Shown here: positions 60,860-64,000 of the stretch, piece after piece
Numbering within the stretch: the stretch's first letter is position 1
Layout: each line of letters opens with the position of its first letter
Origin: an uncultured Aminicenantes bacterium
GTDB taxonomy: Bacteria; Acidobacteriota; Aminicenantia; UBA2199
Assembly: GCA_965195285.1 (NCBI GenBank)
Contig: CBDAFS010000014.1
Span: 32,716 to 96,715, forward strand
DNA: 64,000 nucleotides
Direction of reading: 5' to 3'
Program-made: the position numbers and the translations under genes
Notes under the pieces: model-generated
What the model was told of the DNA's origin: nothing
Databases searched by the model: none
The model's input: only the letters and a program-made list of their open reading frames with translations

Positions 60860-61237
60860 TTGCCTACAATAAATCAATTGGTTAGATTTGGTAGAAAAAA
60901 ACTCAAGATGAAGAGCAAGTCGCCTGCGCTTGAAAACTGTCCGCTGAAGCGGGGTGTCTGCACCAGGGTTTTTACCACCAATCCGAAAAAGCCAAACTCT
61001 GCTATGCGAAAGGTTGCGCGTGTTAGACTGACCAACGGTATTGAAGTGACAGCCTATATTCCCGGAGAAGGGCATTCACTTCAGGAACACTCGATTGTGC
61101 TGGTCAGGGGCGGAAGGGTGAAAGATTTGCCCGGGGTAAGGTACCATATCGTCCGGGGTGCCAGGGATACCACCGGTGTCGAAAATAGAAAAAGAAGCAG
61201 GTCCAAGTACGGAACCCGCAGGCAGAAGAATGCTTAA
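60860..61237 (+). CDS. rpsL: 30S ribosomal protein S12
   Basis: [27 protein letters not shown]. Confidence 0.99.
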   Translation: MPTINQLVRFGRKKLKMKSKSPALENCPLKRGVCTRVFTTNPKKPNSAMRKVARVRLTNGIEVTAYIPGEGHSLQEHSIVLVRGGRVKDLPGVRYHIVRGARDTTGVENRKRSRSKYGTRRQKNA

Positions 61238-61256
61238 GGCCCCAAAGGAGTAAAAG

Positions 61257-61727
61257 ATGCCAAGAAGAAAACTTACCACTCGCAAACAGATTCACTACGA
61301 TCCTGTTTTTAACTCTTCGATCATTTTCAAGTTGATTAATGGGGTTATGAAAGATGGTAAAAAGTCGACTGCTGAAATGATTGTTTACGGTGCCATGGAA
61401 GTGGTTAAAGAAAAAACCAAAGAGGATCCTTTGAAAGTGGTTCTGAAAGCCATCGATAATGTAAGGCCCCATGTTGAGACCAGGTCCAGAAGGGTTGGCG
61501 GTGCCACTTATCAGGTTCCCATGGAAGTGAGGAAAGAAAGATCTTTTTCGCTGGGCATTCGCTGGATTGTTGTGCATGCCCGGGCACGTGGAGGAAAATC
61601 CTTTCAGGAAAAGCTGATGGGTGAAATACTGGATGCTTATAGCAAAAAAGGCGGAGCAATCAAAAAGAAGGAGACCATTGAAAAAATGGCGGAATCCAAC
61701 CGGGCTTTCGCCCATTATAAATGGTAA
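61257..61727 (+). CDS. rpsG: 30S ribosomal protein S7
   Basis: MPRR, GKKS, SRRVGGATYQVP, MAESNRAFAHY. Confidence 0.99.
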   Translation: MPRRKLTTRKQIHYDPVFNSSIIFKLINGVMKDGKKSTAEMIVYGAMEVVKEKTKEDPLKVVLKAIDNVRPHVETRSRRVGGATYQVPMEVRKERSFSLGIRWIVVHARARGGKSFQEKLMGEILDAYSKKGGAIKKKETIEKMAESNRAFAHYKW

Positions 61728-61773
61728 ATCATTGGGGAACCTGAATTAGGGAGTCAGTAGCAAGTAGGTTATT

Positions 61774-63861
61774 ATGAAAACAGAGATAAGCAATATTCGG
61801 AATATCGGTTTGATGGCCCATATTGATGCGGGTAAGACCACCACCACCGAGCGGATGTTGTTTTATACCGGTGTTACCTACAAGATGGGTGAAGTCCATG
61901 ATGGAACAGCGGTTATGGACTGGATGGATCAGGAACAGGAAAGGGGTATTACCATTACTTCTGCTGCCACTACCTGTTATTGGAAAGACTATAAAATTAA
62001 TATTATTGATACCCCGGGCCATGTTGATTTTACCGCTGAGGTGGAACGGGCTCTCCGCGTGCTGGATGGTGCGATCATCGTCATGTGTGCCGTGGGGGGC
62101 GTTGAACCCCAGACCGAGAAAGTCTGGTATCAGACTTCAAAATACCGGGTACCCCGCATTATTTATATCAACAAAATGGACCGGGTTGGATCGGATTATG
62201 AGGATGTTGTCAATCAGATCGAAGACAAGTTCAGAATCAATACGCTGTTACTTCAACTGCCGCTGGGTATAGAAGAAAATTTTCAAGGAATAATAGATCT
62301 CATTTCCATGAAGGCTTATAAATACAGGAGTGAGGAACTGGGAGCCGAGTTTGATATTGTTGATATTCCGGAACAATATCTGGATGAGGCAGTGGTTCAC
62401 CGGGAACACCTGATCGAAAACCTGGCCAACCACCATCTGGAGTTAATGGAATCCTTTCTGGAAAAAAAGCCCATTTCAGAGGAGTTGATAAAGCAAGCTG
62501 TTCGACGTATTACCCTGGACCAAAACGGGATTCCCATTATCATGGGATCGTCATTCAAAAACAAAGCGGTCCAAAATTTACTTGATACCGTTATTGATTA
62601 TCTTCCCTCTCCCCTAGATGTAAAAAATGTCACCGGAATCGTACCCAAAACCGGAGATTGGGTGGAACGGAAGCTCTCGGATGATGAACCGTTTTCCGCT
62701 TTGGTTTTCAAGGTTCCGACCGATCCTTTTGTAGGTAAATTGGTTTATTTCAGGGTTTATTCCGGCTCGGTTAAAAGCGGAAGCATGGTCCTGAATAGTA
62801 CCACCCAGAAGCGGGTCCGGATTCCCCGGCTATTGAAAATGCATTCCAACAAACGGGAAGACATTAAGGAAGTTTTTTCCGGTGATATCGCTGCTACGAT
62901 GGGTATTGACATTGTTTCAACCGGAGATACACTTTGCGACGAACGCAAACCCATTTTACTGGATACCATCAGCTTCCCGGAACCGGTGATCAAGGCCACT
63001 ATCGAACCCAAATTAACTTCTGATCATAATAAATTGAGTGACATCCTTACAAAATTGAGTTCCGAGGATCCCACATTCAAGGTCTATGTGGACAACCAGA
63101 CCGGCCAGACCATTATGTCGGGAATGGGGGAATTGCATCTGGAAGTCATGAGAGAGCGAATGAAGCGGGAATTCATGCTGGAAACCAAGATGGGCAAACC
63201 CCGGGTGGCTTATTTAGAGACCATCCGGACTAAAGCCGAAGCCGAGGAGCGTTATGTCAAGCAGAGCGGAGGCAAAGGGCAATACGGGCATGTGCTTTTG
63301 GAAGTCATACCACTGAAGGGAAGCGGCAAATTCAAATTCAACACCAAGGTAAAATCCCATGTCATTCCCAAAGAATTCATTGCTCCCATCGAAACCGGGA
63401 TCAAGGAATCGATGGATATCGGTATTATTGCCGGATTTCCCCTGACCAATATCGAAGCCACCCTGCTGAACGGGTCCTATCATGAAGTGGATTCTTCGGA
63501 TCTTTCCTTTAAGATTGCTTCGTCCAGGGCCTTTAAAAAAGCCATCAAAAAAGCCAATCCTATTTTATTGGAGCCGATGATGAAAATTGAAATTCTGGTT
63601 CAGGATGAATACCTTGGCGAAGTGATTAATGATTTCAACTCCAGGGAGGGCAAAGTCACCCGGATGGATAATAAAAATAATATCCATATTGTTGATGGAC
63701 TGGCGCCGCTTTCCAATATGTTTGGTTACGCCACTGCCATCCGAACCCTGACTCAGGGAAGGGCCACTTATTCTATGGAATTCTTTGATTATAAAGAGAT
63801 GACCGAAGAAAAGATGAATGATGTATTAGAGAATCAATTGGGTATCTACAAGATACATTAG
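61774..63861 (+). CDS. fusA: elongation factor G
   Basis: AHIDAGKTT, ERGITI, DTPGHVDF, NKMD, GMGELHL. Confidence 0.99.
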   Translation: MKTEISNIRNIGLMAHIDAGKTTTTERMLFYTGVTYKMGEVHDGTAVMDWMDQEQERGITITSAATTCYWKDYKINIIDTPGHVDFTAEVERALRVLDGAIIVMCAVGGVEPQTEKVWYQTSKYRVPRIIYINKMDRVGSDYEDVVNQIEDKFRINTLLLQLPLGIEENFQGIIDLISMKAYKYRSEELGAEFDIVDIPEQYLDEAVVHREHLIENLANHHLELMESFLEKKPISEELIKQAVRRITLDQNGIPIIMGSSFKNKAVQNLLDTVIDYLPSPLDVKNVTGIVPKTGDWVERKLSDDEPFSALVFKVPTDPFVGKLVYFRVYSGSVKSGSMVLNSTTQKRVRIPRLLKMHSNKREDIKEVFSGDIAATMGIDIVSTGDTLCDERKPILLDTISFPEPVIKATIEPKLTSDHNKLSDILTKLSSEDPTFKVYVDNQTGQTIMSGMGELHLEVMRERMKREFMLETKMGKPRVAYLETIRTKAEAEERYVKQSGGKGQYGHVLLEVIPLKGSGKFKFNTKVKSHVIPKEFIAPIETGIKESMDIGIIAGFPLTNIEATLLNGSYHEVDSSDLSFKIASSRAFKKAIKKANPILLEPMMKIEILVQDEYLGEVINDFNSREGKVTRMDNKNNIHIVDGLAPLSNMFGYATAIRTLTQGRATYSMEFFDYKEMTEEKMNDVLENQLGIYKIH

Positions 63862-63870
63862 GAGGAATGA

Positions 63871-64000
63871 ATGTCAAAAGAAAAGTTTGATCGTAATAAG
63901 CCCCATTTGAATATTGGGACGATAGGTCATGTGGATCATGGTAAGACGACATTAACGGCAGCGATCACCAAGGTATTGAGCAAGTTGAATGAGAAGGTGT
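63871..64000 (+). CDS. tuf: elongation factor Tu (5' partial)
   Basis: [33 protein letters not shown]. Confidence 0.98.
   Translation, partial: MSKEKFDRNKPHLNIGTIGHVDHGKTTLTAAITKVLSKLNEKV

Overview
Chromosomal window of a moderate-GC bacterium, probably Ca. Aminicenantia/Acidobacteriota (inferred from gene content: paralogous 6-bladed propeller proteins, a VWFA-like protein, a REC-kinase-TonB fusion). The core part holds rpsO-pnp, rpoZ, waaF-gmhB, argF, queCDE, rnhC, folC, mltG-ruvX-ddl, slt, lipA, ppiD, a complete rRNA operon (16S-tRNA-Ile-tRNA-Ala-23S-5S) and rpsL-rpsG-fusA-tuf(partial). The main accessory or unusual signals are: (i) a RAYT/HUH transposase between perfect 26-bp inverted repeats, one of which carries its -35 box; (ii) an AT-rich ~6-kb ECF sigma/anti-sigma/Spy-like/lipoprotein island with a repeated GGGATG-N15-TCGTATAA candidate ECF promoter; (iii) an ECF sigma gene interrupted by one in-frame TAG; (iv) a pseudo-receiver-Ser/Thr kinase-TM-TonB_C fusion and a GAF-like protein with a RomX-like tail; (v) a GAAA rather than GAGA sarcin-ricin tetraloop and other 23S deviations; (vi) two small ORFs and two window-edge partial genes absent from the ORF track. 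No CRISPR array or prophage was seen. All family assignments come from motif recognition by eye, not database searches.
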